Positions 1 through 12,869 of a DNA stretch of 64,000 nt are shown here, piece by piece; position 1 is the first letter of the stretch, and every line of letters starts with the position of its first letter. A model generated the notes under the pieces. That model worked only from the letters and a program-made list of their open reading frames with translations, did no database searches and was not told the DNA's origin. The stretch is from Octopus sinensis (taxonomy: Eukaryota). The translations under genes were made by a program, and so were the position numbers. The stretch covers positions 105,648,001 to 105,712,000 of the forward strand of contig NC_043000.1 of NCBI RefSeq assembly GCF_006345805.1, read 5' to 3'.

Positions 1-339
1 CAGTATTCCATCCTTGCTATGTTCAGAACTTAGAACATAAAGAGTTGGAACAAAGGCTGCATACCTTTTTTGTTTTCAAGGTTCTAAAGGTTCCGCCGTC
101 TTGCCACCAAAAATATAAATATTGTTATTATCTTAAATATATTATGTCTTTGACTTCCTTCCATAGTTCATCAGTCAATTGTCTTACAAATAATCAAAAT
201 TTTTATGTCTTCCATTTCATTCCACGGAGAATTACTGAGATAGAAGTAAAATATAAACAAATATGAAATGTTTCATTTAGCAGATGACAATCAATTGTAC
301 TAAAGTGCAAACGTTAAGTGACTGACATTTTTTTTTTCT

Positions 340-379
<40 letters not shown>

Positions 380-2099
380 AAAACTACACTCTTCAGTGTC
401 CTCCATCTCCATTAACCAATATCCCTACCAAAAACACCATCGCCATTTTAAGAGCTTCTGCAGTTCCCAGTATGGTGTCTGGGTGTGTAATTATATATTG
501 GTAGTGTCTCTTCCTTCTATTTTCACTCCTATCATATCACCCACTTTTTCCCTTTGCCTTTCCTTCTATTTTAACCACATAAGAGCATTCCTTTTCTTTA
601 ACTTCTCATCTCTACTAAAGACCCTCCTTTTTATCCTTGTTTCTCCCTTCAACTAACCACTTTACAGGATAACATACATAGGTATATTAGCATGTTTATA
701 TTATAGATGATTAAGTGATTTTTTGCAGACACAAATTGACCATAAGTAATGATAGCCCATGTCAAAAAGTCACAAAAGGAAAGAAAAACCCTTGATGCCT
801 ATAAAAAATACTACCAGTAAATAATGTCAGTGACCAGGTTACTAAAGTGCAATGAAAATCTTAGTACCTCAAGAAATAAACAAAGGGGAAAATAAGATTT
901 TGTGTTTCTAAAAGGCCAAAATGACTCTACCAAATTGTAACTACAGAGAATAGAGCCAACACAAAATCATCGCTGTTGTTCAGTGCTAAGTCAACTCTAA
1001 AGCAGAACAAATTCCAGTCAAAACCATCTTTCTTTCAAAGGTAACTTGAAATATATTGTCCAGCATGTCCTTTCCCAAAACAGTAGTGTGTGTAATTTCA
1101 GGTAGATGTGACTGCTATTTCTAGTAAGTTGAATGACCACATAGAAGCTATACAAAACTTATTCATTCATTAGGTGTCGATTTTCATGGATTTGCATTCT
1201 CTTTCATCTTGGATGATTCTTGCATGCTTTCAATGTAATCCAACTCTTTCAAATCTTTGATATTGTCCATTTACATATTTATAAACATTTTCTTTTAAAG
1301 ACCCAGAATGCACAACATTTATGGAAGAATTTGTCATGCTCAAATGCATTTACAATAAAACCAATGAAAACTATATATTTTGGTTCACTCAAGGGTGGGA
1401 TGATTTTCTACAGACATGGTTCAACCAACGACTTCTTAAGTTACCTATAACTAATGGGATGCCAAATAAGTCTGAGAAATAATTATACCAAATATTATTA
1501 AATCCAAAATTCAAAGAATTTTGGATTTAAGAATAAATCTCAAACTTCTCAATTCAAATGATTATGAACCTTACAATGATGCCAGCCAAGAAATGGAGAA
1601 GATAGTAATGAGTGAATAATAATGCTAGCCTCTTGGGTAAAACAGATTATTTTTAACAAGGTTTTCTCTAAAAAAATATTTTTGAGTTTTTATAAAAACA
1701 TTAGATCTGGAAAATAATTATTTAACTACTATGCTGTTTAAAAGACTTTCGGTATAAAACAAATTCAAGAAAGCATTACATTATATCCCTATAAAGAAAA
1801 TCTTAGAAAACCAGGTGTTGAACTATAATGAATAAAAATGATACTATTGATCAAACAAGTAGTGCCAGTTCTCTAAAATATCAACATAAAAACCTATAAA
1901 GACTTCTAGTAGATACTTATTTCTCATACAAAAAGTGAAAACTAAAAAACACTAATACAAAACAAAATTAAATGTTTGCATATTTTTTTTAACTGTTTTC
2001 TTTTTTTAGTTGATAAGCAAAGGCAGTGTAAAGATGAATAAAAGGGAGTCTAGTGAAAAGTGAACTCATATATCCTCTGTTGATGCTTTGATGCAATTA

Positions 2100-2790
2100 C
2101 TACCATAATGATTTACTTACTACAATAACCAACACTTCCACCACTCTTAACCCAATGTCATGATTCTTCATTCCTCCCTAATCGTGCATCAGCAACACCC
2201 AATTTTAGACACCACATGCCATACCTGCATTGACTCCATAAATGTAGACTTTGGGAGCATATTCAAATAGGGCTATATGAACCTTGTCACTTTTAGAAAT
2301 GAAAAATGCTCAAGCACTATTCATATCAAGAAAACATCAATGCACTACACCTCCTCTAAATATAAATGGTTCTTAGTACCTTCGCAGTTGCTCCACATGC
2401 TAGTTCTCACTGGTGAAAGTACATTTGTATTGCAAGTGGGGATCATATCCAAAAGACTAGAAAATATTTCAGCCTCCAACACTGATGACACTTTACAAGG
2501 TTCATGTCAGGCTCACAACTGAGTACAGTGCCCACATCTGGGTCAGTGCTATTGCTACACACACTTGACATTTTTGACTGTGTCCAAACAGCTGATTGGA
2601 ACTCAATTAGTAATGGAGACACTCCAACTTATAGTCCACTGGTGCTGTTTCCTCTATCTTTTCTATTGCTTCTACAATGGTCCTCTACCTCCAACATTTA
2701 CACAACCTTGACCCACTCAACTCTCTCTCATCGCCCATGGTGCATCCAACAAAATGTGTCATGGATGTATAATATTAGTATGGATGTAAA
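2100..2790 (-). pseudogene. Possible highly degenerate non-LTR retrotransposon RT fragment
   Basis: Manual minus-strand translation gives broken pieces resembling LINE RT motifs (LQY.., FLDMNSA like FLDIxxAF, a hydrophobic stretch where YADD is expected). Many stops and frameshifts. Confidence 0.3.
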
Positions 2791-3215
2791 TTTCTAATTA
2801 TAATGGAGAAAAGAAGTAAAGAAACATATTTGTATGTAACTTTTAATCCCTTGAAATTTTGTAGGAAAAAAATAAATAAATAAAATCGTAAATATTTCAG
2901 TTTAAAATATATTTTTATAAATGTAGCTTCTTCATTTCATTCCGATTTCAGTTCACACTTTCTAGAGTAAAATACAACAGACTGAAGTTAATAATAGTTT
3001 TGCTTTTATATTATGTTATCAATAATAATAATAATGCTTCGGCTATAACAATTTTAATCAGCATGCAATTCAAATCAAAGTAAAACTTGAAATTGGAAAA
3101 CGAAAACCTAAAGGGAAACAACAAAATATACTTAATTTCTGCAAGTATGTAATATGAATGTGTGGGATACTAGCTGTGTATAGATTATACCGGTAATGTA
3201 CATCTGAGGAAGCAG

Positions 3216-3642
3216 TGCAGTTAAAAACGAAACCAGCAATAATGGGGAATAAGAAAAATAACCTCGCTTTTCTAAATTATTGAAACAAATATATATTTTT
3301 TTTCATTTTTCAACACCAACATTAAATAATATTTAACTTATTTAGCTAGAATTATTGAAAATAAAATGTTTCTTATATATTATTAAAAAATTTAAAAAAA
3401 AAAAAGCTAACTCATTAGGAAAAGAAATTTATGAAGAGAAATGTCTGTCCCGCAACAAAAGCGGAACAAGCATATAAGATGTAAAACTAAAGTCAAGAGA
3501 AATTTCAAAAAGATGGAATTATTAGCCATTATTTAATTTCATCAAGCCACAACATTTTGTTAATGTAAGGATATTCATTTCGGTAATTAAGGAATGCTAA
3601 GTTTTATATTCCCTGTTATTGCTGGCTTCATTTTTAACTATG
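3216..3642. mobile_element. MITE-like element with ~34-bp terminal inverted repeats
   Basis: cagttaaaaacgaaaccagcaataatggggaata from 3218 matches the reverse complement of 3607-3640 (tagttaaaaatgaagccagcaataacagggaata) at 29/34 positions; all differences are transitions. No clear TSD. Confidence 0.5.
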
Positions 3643-3690
3643 ATAATTTCTTCAAAAATATGTATCTGCATGTGTCTCTGTGTGCATGCA

Positions 3691-3736
<46 letters not shown>

Positions 3737-4248
3737 TATATGTATGTATATATAACTTTATACATGTGTGTTTCTATGACAATGTAAATTAACTTGTAAA
3801 CAATATTATATAACTTGCATTATCACCAGAAAAATTTTTTCGTCTAGAAGAAAATTTTCCACATTCAGCACCATTTGCATTTCATTTTTCTTTTTTGTTA
3901 GTTTTTTTCCTTCTTGTTTTGTTCTGTTTATCTTAAAATCCTATTTTAGTGTGTGATTGAACCAAAAATATAAGTGAGAAAAATGAAAATATGAAACTAA
4001 AAAAGAAAATGTATTTAGTTCCTGTAAATGTGCAGTAGACTAGCTGAGTACAGATTATGTATGTAAATGTACACAATGTGTACTCAGTCTCCTTCACAAT
4101 GTGGAACTGTACATTATAAATATACTTATTCCATATATATTAACAAAGATAAAATGTAATCTTTCTGTGAGAGAATATCTATTCCCCAGTAAAGTTTAGA
4201 ACAAATTGTAAAATTTTTGAAATTCCAATTTTAATATAGCAGAAAACT

Positions 4249-4510
4249 GCTGAGATATTTCATTACAACCATTATTGAGCTGTAACTTTCCAGCAACTGC
4301 TGAGATTTCATTACAATCACCACTGAGTAGTTTCAATACAAACTTTACTGTATATAAAATTGTGTCTTTAAAATTGGCAAAGATTTGTCTCATTTCAACC
4401 ACCACTGAGTTATGTCATTACAATTACTTCTAAGCTATCATTACAACCAACACTGAGCTGTATCACTAGAACTACCCACTTAGTTGTTTCCATACAACAG
4501 TGAGTTGAGC
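4249..4510. repeat. Degenerate minisatellite (~24-bp unit)
   Basis: Repeated ctgag...tttcattacaa(c/t)cacca-like units with irregular spacing. Confidence 0.55.
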
Positions 4511-5146
4511 AGTAAAACTATTACTGTGCAATGCTTCCCCTGGGGAAAAGTTTTGCACAGTCATTCAACATGCTAGAAATAGAAATCAAATTCTCTTCAA
4601 ATCACACCCTAACAAAGGACATTGGACAAAACAACAGTATGCATATGTATACAACTACATTCACACATACAATATGTATACGTGTGAATGTCTTATTGAA
4701 AGCAAAAGAACTTAAACTGTTACACAGTTTCACATAACCAATTATCAAACAGCTTACTGGTGTCTGATGACTAGTTATGTGAAACTCTCATGAACACTAT
4801 ATTTGTTCGAGCATTGCTATTTGAATGCTATACTTTTTTATACCCTGCTTTGCACCTATGCGCTCATATACATGTGTATTACATAAGATAGGAGAAAAGT
4901 GTTTAGAGACAAAGTATTTCCACATCTTTACTATTTTATAACTTAGTTTTTCCCATAAAGTTTTTAAAATTTATTAACTGCCTAAAAGTTAGTTCACTAT
5001 CTGTTTATTCGTTTTCATATTTCACTCTGTATGTGTGCATGTATATGCAAAAAGATGCAGTATGTATTAATTAAACTAGCAGAAATCCACCTACAAGACT
5101 GTGTTTCTACTTATATTTTCATCATATAAAGAGATTAACAGTAATA

Positions 5147-6416
5147 TTAGGTTGTTCCAAAAATAATGGCTGCTCCAAGTGTTGTGTTTTGAAATGCAAT
5201 TTTATCATAGTATTTTAATTATATTTTAGGTGAATTTCAACATATTTAATAATTGATGTATGCTCTTTAATAATATTCTACTTATTTCAGACAGAAAACA
5301 TTCTTGGAGCATAGGTGCCCTTAATTATGAACATGACAAAAAAGGACCTTTGCTTACATTTCTTGCATAAGTTCAAGCTTGGGCACAATGCCTCCCAAAC
5401 TGCTGCCAATAACAAAGCATGGAGAGAGGAGTCCACAAGTGATTGCACAGTATGAAGGTGGTTTCAGAAATTCTGTAGTGGTGATGAGAGCCTTGAAGAG
5501 GAAGAAGGTAGAGGACAGTCATGCAGTCTTGACAATGAACAGTTGAAAGCAATTGTTGGACAAAACCCACGTCAAAGTGTCAGAGAAATGTCTCAAGCAC
5601 TTAATGTCGGTGTTGCAATGGTCTCACGCAATCTGCAGAAGATTGGTAAGGTGGAAAAGCTCGATAAGTGGGTACTGCATGAGCTCAATGAAAATCAAAA
5701 AGTGTGGTGTTTTGAAGTGTGCTCAATGCTCTTTCTGCGAAACACCAATGATCTTTTACTTGACCGAATAGTCACTTGTGATGAAAAGTAGATCCTTTAT
5801 GATAACGGTAAACGATCAGGTCAATGGCTTGATCTTGATAAGCACTCCAAACATTTTCCAAAGCCAAAGGTGCATCAGCGAAAGATTATGGTGACTGTCT
5901 GGTGGTCTGCAATTGGTGTTGTCCATTACAACTTTCTGGAAGCCAATCAGAGCATTACAGCAGACGTTTACTGCAATCAACTTGCTGAAATACATGCTCA
6001 CTTGCAAAAAATGAGACCTGCATTGGTGAATCGGTGTGGCCCAATTCTGCTCCATAATAATGCAAAGCCACATGTTGCAAGAACGACGCTGCAGAAACTC
6101 ACAGACTTGGGATACGAGACTTTACCACATCCTCCTGATCTTTCATCCACTGACTACCATTTTTTAAAGCATTTAAACATGTTTTTAAGTGATGAAACTT
6201 TAAGGTTCAAATCAGAGGTAGAATCAGCTTTCAAAGATTTCTTAGCATCAAAGCCAATAAGTTTTTATGAACAGGGCATAAATAATCTTGTTGATCAATG
6301 ACAGAGATGCATAGATGTTCACAGCACATACTTTGACTAATCAAAACATTTCTATTGTTAATTTTTCCAGAATAAAATTGTTTCTGAAATCGGCCATTAT
6401 TTTCAGAACAGCCAAG
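5147..6416 (+). mobile_element. Full-length but defective mariner transposon (Hsmar1/cecropia-like)
   Basis: 26-bp TIRs (ttaggttgttccaaaaataatggctg / cggccattattttcagaacagccaag, 20/26 match), TA flanks at 5145-5146 and 6417-6418, 1270 bp long, transposase motifs inside. Confidence 0.9.
5330..6340 (+). pseudogene. Mariner transposase pseudogene
   Basis: ORF pieces 5543-5791 and 5870-6301 show WVLHEL (WVPHEL), IVTCDEK followed by a stop, KIMVTVWWSAIG, HNNAKPH (second catalytic D mutated) and HPPDLSSTDYH (YSP lost). Start coordinate approximate. Confidence 0.85.
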
Positions 6417-6945
6417 TAGTTTGAAAAATTATACTTTTAAAATACTCCGCAAACTGGCTAACTACTGCTCAAAAACTATGGCAACAAAATAACTCTTTTC
6501 TTTAGATTTTTTTAACCATGTCAGAAATATTCTCCAACAAAAGATTTGTATTACTAAAGGGTTTTCAATTACTAGGACATAACTATATCCAAATGGCATT
6601 TTTTTTTTTTGGATATGTGCAAGAGAACCAATATTGTCAGCAATAAGTTTTGGTAAGAATGAAGCATTTAATGGTTGGGCCAAGAAATATGGATCCTTAA
6701 AGACAATTTTCTCATGCATAACTTGTAAATAATTGTTTCTAGAATAGTAGCAAGCACTTTCAAAGAATAATTTTCTGAATTAGAAAGATAAATGATGAGG
6801 CAAATGAGATATGAATTTAAAACTAATGAGAAAACATCCATAAATAAGGAACTGGCATAGCTATATGGTTAAGAAATTCACTTGATAACCACATGATTTC
6901 AGGTTCATTTACCACTGCATAGTACACTGGCTAAATGTCTTTTAA

Positions 6946-8018
6946 CCCTTTCGTTACTATATTTCTGACCAAAATATGTGTTTCAATTAATTTCTAACAT
7001 AATCATAAATTTAGTCTGGTTTCATTAAACAACTATAACTTTTTTATTTATCAATATATTAATTTGATTTTTGGAAGATAATTTAATGAAATGTTCTCAA
7101 CCAATTCTATACTATAATTTTTGTCACAAAGTGACTCTAATTGCAGGTAGATACAGGTAAATTCAACAAAATATAAACTTATTAAAATTTTGTTCAAACA
7201 TCGCTATAGAAAATGGGTTATTAGCTAATATTCAATTGGGTATACAACAAAATTTTACAATTGAATTTGTTATTCTGGGTAACTTTCTGATACCCATAAT
7301 AATATTTATGGCAAAATAGTCTTAATTTCATTTAAGGTTGTGGGAAACCACTAACTATCCTTTCTTTCGCTTTGTTTACATTTAGCGTAACGGTTCGTTT
7401 CCGCCGTAATGATTTCAAATAGGGTCATTCGAAAAAGTAAAAAGACATAGTCTAAGGTTTTACTCTCCTGGGAAAGTCTGTGGCTTGGTCCAGTTTCTTC
7501 AGAAAAATCACCGAAAGAAACAGTTTTTAAATTTTCACTCCATTCAGGTGCCAATTCATTTTCTTTATCGCTGTCGGAGCTCTCAGATTCACTGTTTTCA
7601 CTTTCGGAAAATGAAACATCAGATTCATTATCAAATACCACGTGCTTTTTTTTTTCAGTCATAGAGTTAGATTTATGAAGGTCTTCAGTAGAAAATCCTT
7701 CGAATTCTGACTCACTGCTTGATATTATGAAATTTGTATCCATTTTTTGTCAGAATTACAAATTTTGAAAACACAATAGGAACAAATTTCGGAAAAAAAT
7801 CTCCCAAAATTCACGGAATTAAAATTACACTTCGATTGTTGTACAAAACTTTAGATGAACTGTTTACGAAATATATGTGTTTTCACGAATGTACTAAAGA
7901 GATTTGCTCTGATATTCTCATTTAAATATGAATAGGTAAATACGGGCGGGTTGGGCTGTTTGGTCACATTAACCAAAAAATTTTTCAGGCGGCTTTGGGC
8001 GGTTTGGTAACGAAAGGG
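6946..8018 (-). mobile_element. Internally deleted piggyBac element (1073 bp)
   Basis: Perfect 12-bp TIRs ccctttcgttac / gtaacgaaaggg, TTAA TSDs at 6942-6945 and 8019-8022, CpGs retained (young). Confidence 0.92.
7351..7743 (-). pseudogene. N-terminal fragment of a PGBD4-like piggyBac transposase (130 aa)
   Basis: Acidic/Ser-rich N-terminus followed by W..F.EETGP..LDYVFLLF..LFEIITAETNRYA, typical of piggyBac transposases. No DDD catalytic domain. Confidence 0.8.
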
Positions 8019-8692
8019 TTAATATAGCTCCACTGTCTTGTGGCTGAATTTAGTAGAAAGAAATTGTGAAGTCCATAACATGTCCTTGCCCGCCACCAAT
8101 TGACAATCAGTTTCACATGGCTCCCAGGCCTCATTTTACATTTTATCCCAGAGTCCCAATATGATATCTTAATTTTGACATGAGTGGTGTAATATTTTTA
8201 AACTATACCGTACGTGAGGCAAGGATCACAAAGGTAGTGTTAGATACCCACATCCCACCAGAGGGCATGTGTGGTACCCTAGTTTATATCACATCCTAGA
8301 TACCTAACAACCTACCTGTGGTCAATTAAAAATAGTGGAAGTTTCAAAATCTTTTCAAAAAGAACTATTTTGGTTTCCATGTTAAGTAAAATATTTTTCA
8401 TTCCCTTCTGTTTCTATTGGAAAATCTACCAATTTTTTCAAAAAGAACTAGCTATTTTTGTTTCAATGGCAAATGAAATTTCCTCAATATTCAATCTTTT
8501 ATTTTACCTCATTACATGATGAAATCAGAAGAAAAATGGAGAAAAATATACAAAATCTATAAAAAAAATTGTTGGCTTAGTGTACCAGAAACACAAATCA
8601 AAGCAATTGGCACGTTCCAACCCATAGGAAAGAAATTAAGAACGACCCACTGGTGGGTCATGCAGGACTTGCTAACATACCACTACAACCCA

Positions 8693-8827
8693 CCAGCATG
8701 ACATGTGGGAGCCAACATGTTAACCTCTTAGTATTTAAACTGGGCCATATCTGGCCTAAACCAGCATGACGTGTGGGAGCCAATGTGTTAACCTCTTAGC
8801 ATTTAAACTGACCACATCTGGCCTAAA
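8693..8827. repeat. 68-bp tandem duplication spanning the left junction of a TTAA MITE
   Basis: 8693-8760 and 8761-8827 are near-identical; each contains flank + TTAA + the MITE terminus. Confidence 0.9.
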
Positions 8828-9067
8828 TATTTCATCTGTTTTATGTTCAAATTGGCTAGATCCAGCCTCTCACACTTAACCTACAATGCAATTCTAAAAA
8901 TAAACAAGTCCAACCCATGCTAGCATGGAAAACGGACGCTAAACGATGATGATGATGAAACAATCACATCATGAAAATATTGAAACTGCAATACAATGCA
9001 TGTTTATTTCCCTACAATGTGAATAAATAAGCATCACATTTGACAAAGTAATCTGAATGCTAAAGGG
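8792..9067. mobile_element. piggyBac-type (TTAA) MITE, opposite orientation to the 18238-18458 copy
   Basis: TTAA at 8788-8791 and 9068-9071, termini cctcttagc / gctaaaggg, body matches the reverse complement of the 18.2-kb copy, contains a 50-bp RTE tail insertion. Confidence 0.8.
8908..8957 (+). mobile_element. 50-bp 3' stub of the RTE LINE family with (GAT)n tail
   Basis: Identical to the RTE 3' end at 62256-62305; flanked by a 6-bp direct repeat aaacaa (8902-8907, 8958-8963). Confidence 0.85.
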
Positions 9068-10559
9068 TTAAGTCACCATAACTTAATGATTCAGCAAAAA
9101 GATATTGGCAGAATAAATACCAGGCTAAATATTGGGGTTGATGTTTTTGATTAATTCCATCAAAGCAGTGTCCCAGTATGGCTGCAGTCCAATGAGTAGA
9201 ACCAGTCAAAGAATAAAATAAAAGAAAAATCAATGGATAATAGCAAGATAACCTTTAATATGCTAAAACACCTGATGAAAACATAGCAATCCCAAATTAT
9301 AGTCATTAAAGGTAATGGTAGTGCTTTTTTTTTATTATTTTCTTTTTCTTTTTTTACAGATCTGTACACAAGCATGGCTGGGTGGTTAAGAAGTTCACTG
9401 GGGCCACAGTCTGAGACTGTCAATGGCTTGCAAGTCAACTTTAGTAGACAGTAACTGTGCAGAAATCCAATACATATGTGTGTGCACACACGTGAAACTT
9501 GCTAGTGTATATCAGTAAAAGATGCAAAATAAGATAAACAAAAACTTTTTTTAAATAAAAATTACCTTATTCTGTACTATATTACACAGACATACTTTTG
9601 TCATTCATCCTCTAAAGCACAGCAAATCAGATATTAGCACATTACATGGAGAATCTATAAACCAATGCCACTATTGTTCACTATAGAAATCTATAACCAA
9701 TGGTGGTATTGTTGCAATATAAAATAAAAAAATAGAGTCATCTACAAAATAAATAAATAATTAATAATCAACAATTTTGTGAGATTTGTTTTTTTTTTTT
9801 CAAAAATTAAATTTGTCAAAAGTATCATAATAAAGGGGAAAAGTCTCTGGTTGAATCTGCCAGAAGCGTACAGTTCAAGACTAACTATTCCCCAGGGGGA
9901 TCCGATACCAATTTCTGACACCAAGGAGGATTTTGAGGCAATTTAATATATATTTGAGAAAGTTTGTATATGTCTATGTCCACCTCCCCTTTTTCTACAG
10001 TATGTAGCTACTGCTAACTCTTCACTGCCACTACAGTGCTGAATCCTTGTTTTACTATTCTACCACTTCTGCTCATCACTGAAAGTTTACTGCTAACAGT
10101 CTTCCCCCACCTCTCTCTCACCACTTTACTACTAACAAAGCTTTTACCTTCTTCCTGCCTATTTTTTTTCTTTGATTTATCTCCCTCTTTCTTTCTCCCC
10201 TATACTTTTTCTTTCCTTCTGTCACACTAAAACTACTCATACTTCTTTCACCTTACTGTTTCCCTTTCTCTTGCATCTTATTGAAAGTGATTCCAAGAAA
10301 TCAAGTTTCAAGTCAGCAGTTTTAGTAGAAAATTAGATTAACATAGTACTACTGCCCATCTTAGAGATTGTGCTAAATTAAAACCCATCAAAAAGAACTA
10401 AGGACAGATTTTTATATACATTTACAATATGCAATCGATAATAATGTGTCAAGAGCTTAGTTCATTTTACATTCACCCTTCAAGTTTTAATATTACCACT
10501 CGATAGTTGCATCAACGAACATAGAATGCAATAATTTACTTGCCATTTCAGCTGCCCAC

Positions 10560-12465
10560 AACTCTACAATACTTTTAATTTGCAACTCCAAACAGAAATT
10601 TAACAATCACAGGCATATCCCAGTCAGAGTTATACACTGAAAATTGGGTGAGGTGATGAATTTGAGACTTAAATGACAAATGTTTGGACCAATCGAGTAT
10701 AACATGTATATCATAGAATGTCAAAAAGTAGTGGGAGTCACAACATGTGCACATTTTGACCTGGTTAACATAAGTGTCACCCCAATCAAATTGATTCCAC
10801 ATCAGCTGGGGTTGTGGTCTCCAGTCCTTAGCAGAGCAAAAGGATTTTCTATTTTGTTAAAACAGAAGATTCAAAGTTGCTGAGGTATCCTCAGCAGGAA
10901 TTTACTTTGCACAGTAGACAACAAATGCACCAAACAGTTTCCAACATCAACTGTCAAGGAAACCCAAACAGATGAAGATGGCTTTTCCCTCTTGCAAAAG
11001 AGGGATGCAAGGGGATGGAAGTTGCCAAATCTCAGTTGGATAGTATGAAAGTGACACTCCTAACCGGGACATTTAATACACACATCAATGTTGTGTTCTA
11101 CAATTCAATTAAGTTCATTAAATATGTCAGCAAGGAACCTGATACTGTACTGTTTGCTGTGATGTAGCAAAACAGCTACAAAGAAATCATACAAGAAGGG
11201 ACAGAACAGCAGCAATTATGAAGCTTTCTAATGCTATTTTTCTTTCATATTTATGAAGACAGCACAACATTCAACAACTTGTGTCCACTTCAAAAATGAC
11301 CAACAAATTTACTTCACTCAAGCAACCACTGTGCAACAAGAACATTCAAAGGACACAATGCTTACATGCTTTTCCCAACTGTGCCAGTATGATCATTTTT
11401 CAAAAGCATTTCAGTACCAACAGGTTCCATCTTACTAGACATGGAAAACAAGTAAAGAAAACTAACATAAGGTTTGACTACCATTGAAAGAAAATATACT
11501 GTACACCTAGTCAAAATGAATGTTATGTTCTGTGATATCCATAGAATGTGAGGTTGAAGTTCATCAAATAATCAATGGCAAAGTGCCACCTACAGAGAGA
11601 CATGATGTAGACTTGGGTAGCTAAAGAATTATGCCCAGTGGGATGCAAGTGTTAGAAGCTTCTCTACCTCAAACAGTCGAGAGTTTTAGGGGGGTTTTTT
11701 TCTACACTATTAAAATCCCTCAACTTTGGTTCTCACAATAAACCTTACTTTAGGTGTCAAGAATAAAGCTCAATACATGTACCCTGGCATGAAAATGCAG
11801 TACACACAACACAGCCCTCATCAGTAAGCTTAAAGATAAAAATGACCAAGAGCTTCAAAAATACAGCTTCCTTTAACCTAACTACACTGAAGTCAAATAA
11901 TCTAGTAACAAAAAATCTCCAAAAAAAATCATACAATGTTACTACATTAATAGCATTTGTCAGTGTCAATGAACTCAAACTTAATACAGATCAGAAAACA
12001 GTCTATTCTACTAATTTTGAGTGGATTCAATGACAAGACATTGAAATCTGTTTTGTTGATGTTCATAATGGAACTGAAAAGACACTCCCATCAATCAAAA
12101 GCTAAGTCATACCTCACATAAAAACACAGCTATTGTGACTGCTTCATCAATTATCAAATATTGCTGCCACACACCTGCACAGCACATTCTGTTTTGAAAC
12201 TTCTCTTAGACTTAAGCACGTGTGATGCACCTATTTACAACATTACCAAGAATTCAAGAAACAGACACACTTTTAAGAGATATCAGATGATTGTATGAAA
12301 TATATGCACAATAGTATGCAAGAGAGCTCTGGAAGCCTTGGGAAATATATTGCAGGACTTGTGTTACATAAGATCCCAAGCAGCAACTGTGCTATTGTCA
12401 AATGACTTCTATTAGATTCTGCCAGTGGTCCCAAAAGGAACAAAAGCTGATGAATATATGCTTAA
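10560..12465 (+). pseudogene. Fossil Helitron Rep/Pif1-helicase coding region
   Basis: Manual translation across frameshifts gives an ordered motif series: MYIIECQK..HVHILTWL (HUH), CTVDNKCTKQFP..ETQTDEDG, FNTHINV..IKFIKYVSK, VHFKNDQQIYFT..DTMLTCFSQLCQYD, KLNTDQKTVY..FVDVHNGTEKT (Walker A relic), TAHSVLKL and NDFY*ILPVVPKGTKADE. Confidence 0.85.
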
Positions 12466-12869
12466 TAATCATCATTTTGGACCAAAGTTTATATCTTCAA
12501 ACTTTCTACAAATAGAGTCTATATTTTACAAGTTGGCGAGGGAGTATTTCTTTCTGACAGTAATGGCACCAAGGACCTGGTTGTTATAAGCACATTGGTT
12601 AAAATAGCAAACAAATTAATACCAAAAGTATTCCTCAACTTGCAACATTATAACTAATACATGAGGTTATGTGAAAGAGCTACACTCGCCCAAAAATGTT
12701 AGGCCAGCAACATCAAATAGCAGTTGTTGTAGATCCGTCAAGGAAATAGTCATCTCTACAAATCAATACACACTTATCAATCAGAAAGAAAATAGTTCAC
12801 TGTCATATAAAATTTTAAAATTCCCTGGAATCTTCAGCTAAAAGAAAGATCCCCAATAATGCTGATGAA

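Larger units (their letters stand above)
6853..8120 (+). mobile_element. Degenerate tRNA-derived SINE split by the piggyBac insertion
   Basis: SINE head (ggcatagctatatggttaagaaattcac...aaatgtctt) ends at the left TTAA. The body resumes after the right TTAA (tatagctcc...gaatttagtagaaagaaattgtgaag), collinear with the intact copies at 27690-28064 and 41021-41358. Confidence 0.6.

Noticed and set aside
65-234. Minus-strand segment with a strong acceptor (235) and donor AAG|GTATGC (64)
   Set aside because: All three frames contain stops and part reads like a LINE ORF2 relic (TDELWKEVKDII); cannot be called an exon without transcript data.
1200-1480. Possible piggyBac transposase relic on the minus strand (SDLFGIP.., HDKF..)
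   Set aside because: Only two weak motif resemblances, and the expected downstream motifs are absent.
4249-4510. Repeat-spacer-like pattern (CRISPR-like)
   Set aside because: Units are degenerate and contiguous with no unique spacers of constant length, the context is eukaryotic and there are no cas genes.
4759-4798. CTGATGA...GAAA hammerhead-like motif
   Set aside because: A 5-bp stem I is possible (ggtgt/acact), but stem II does not pair and no U-H cleavage site is correctly placed; at best a decayed relic.
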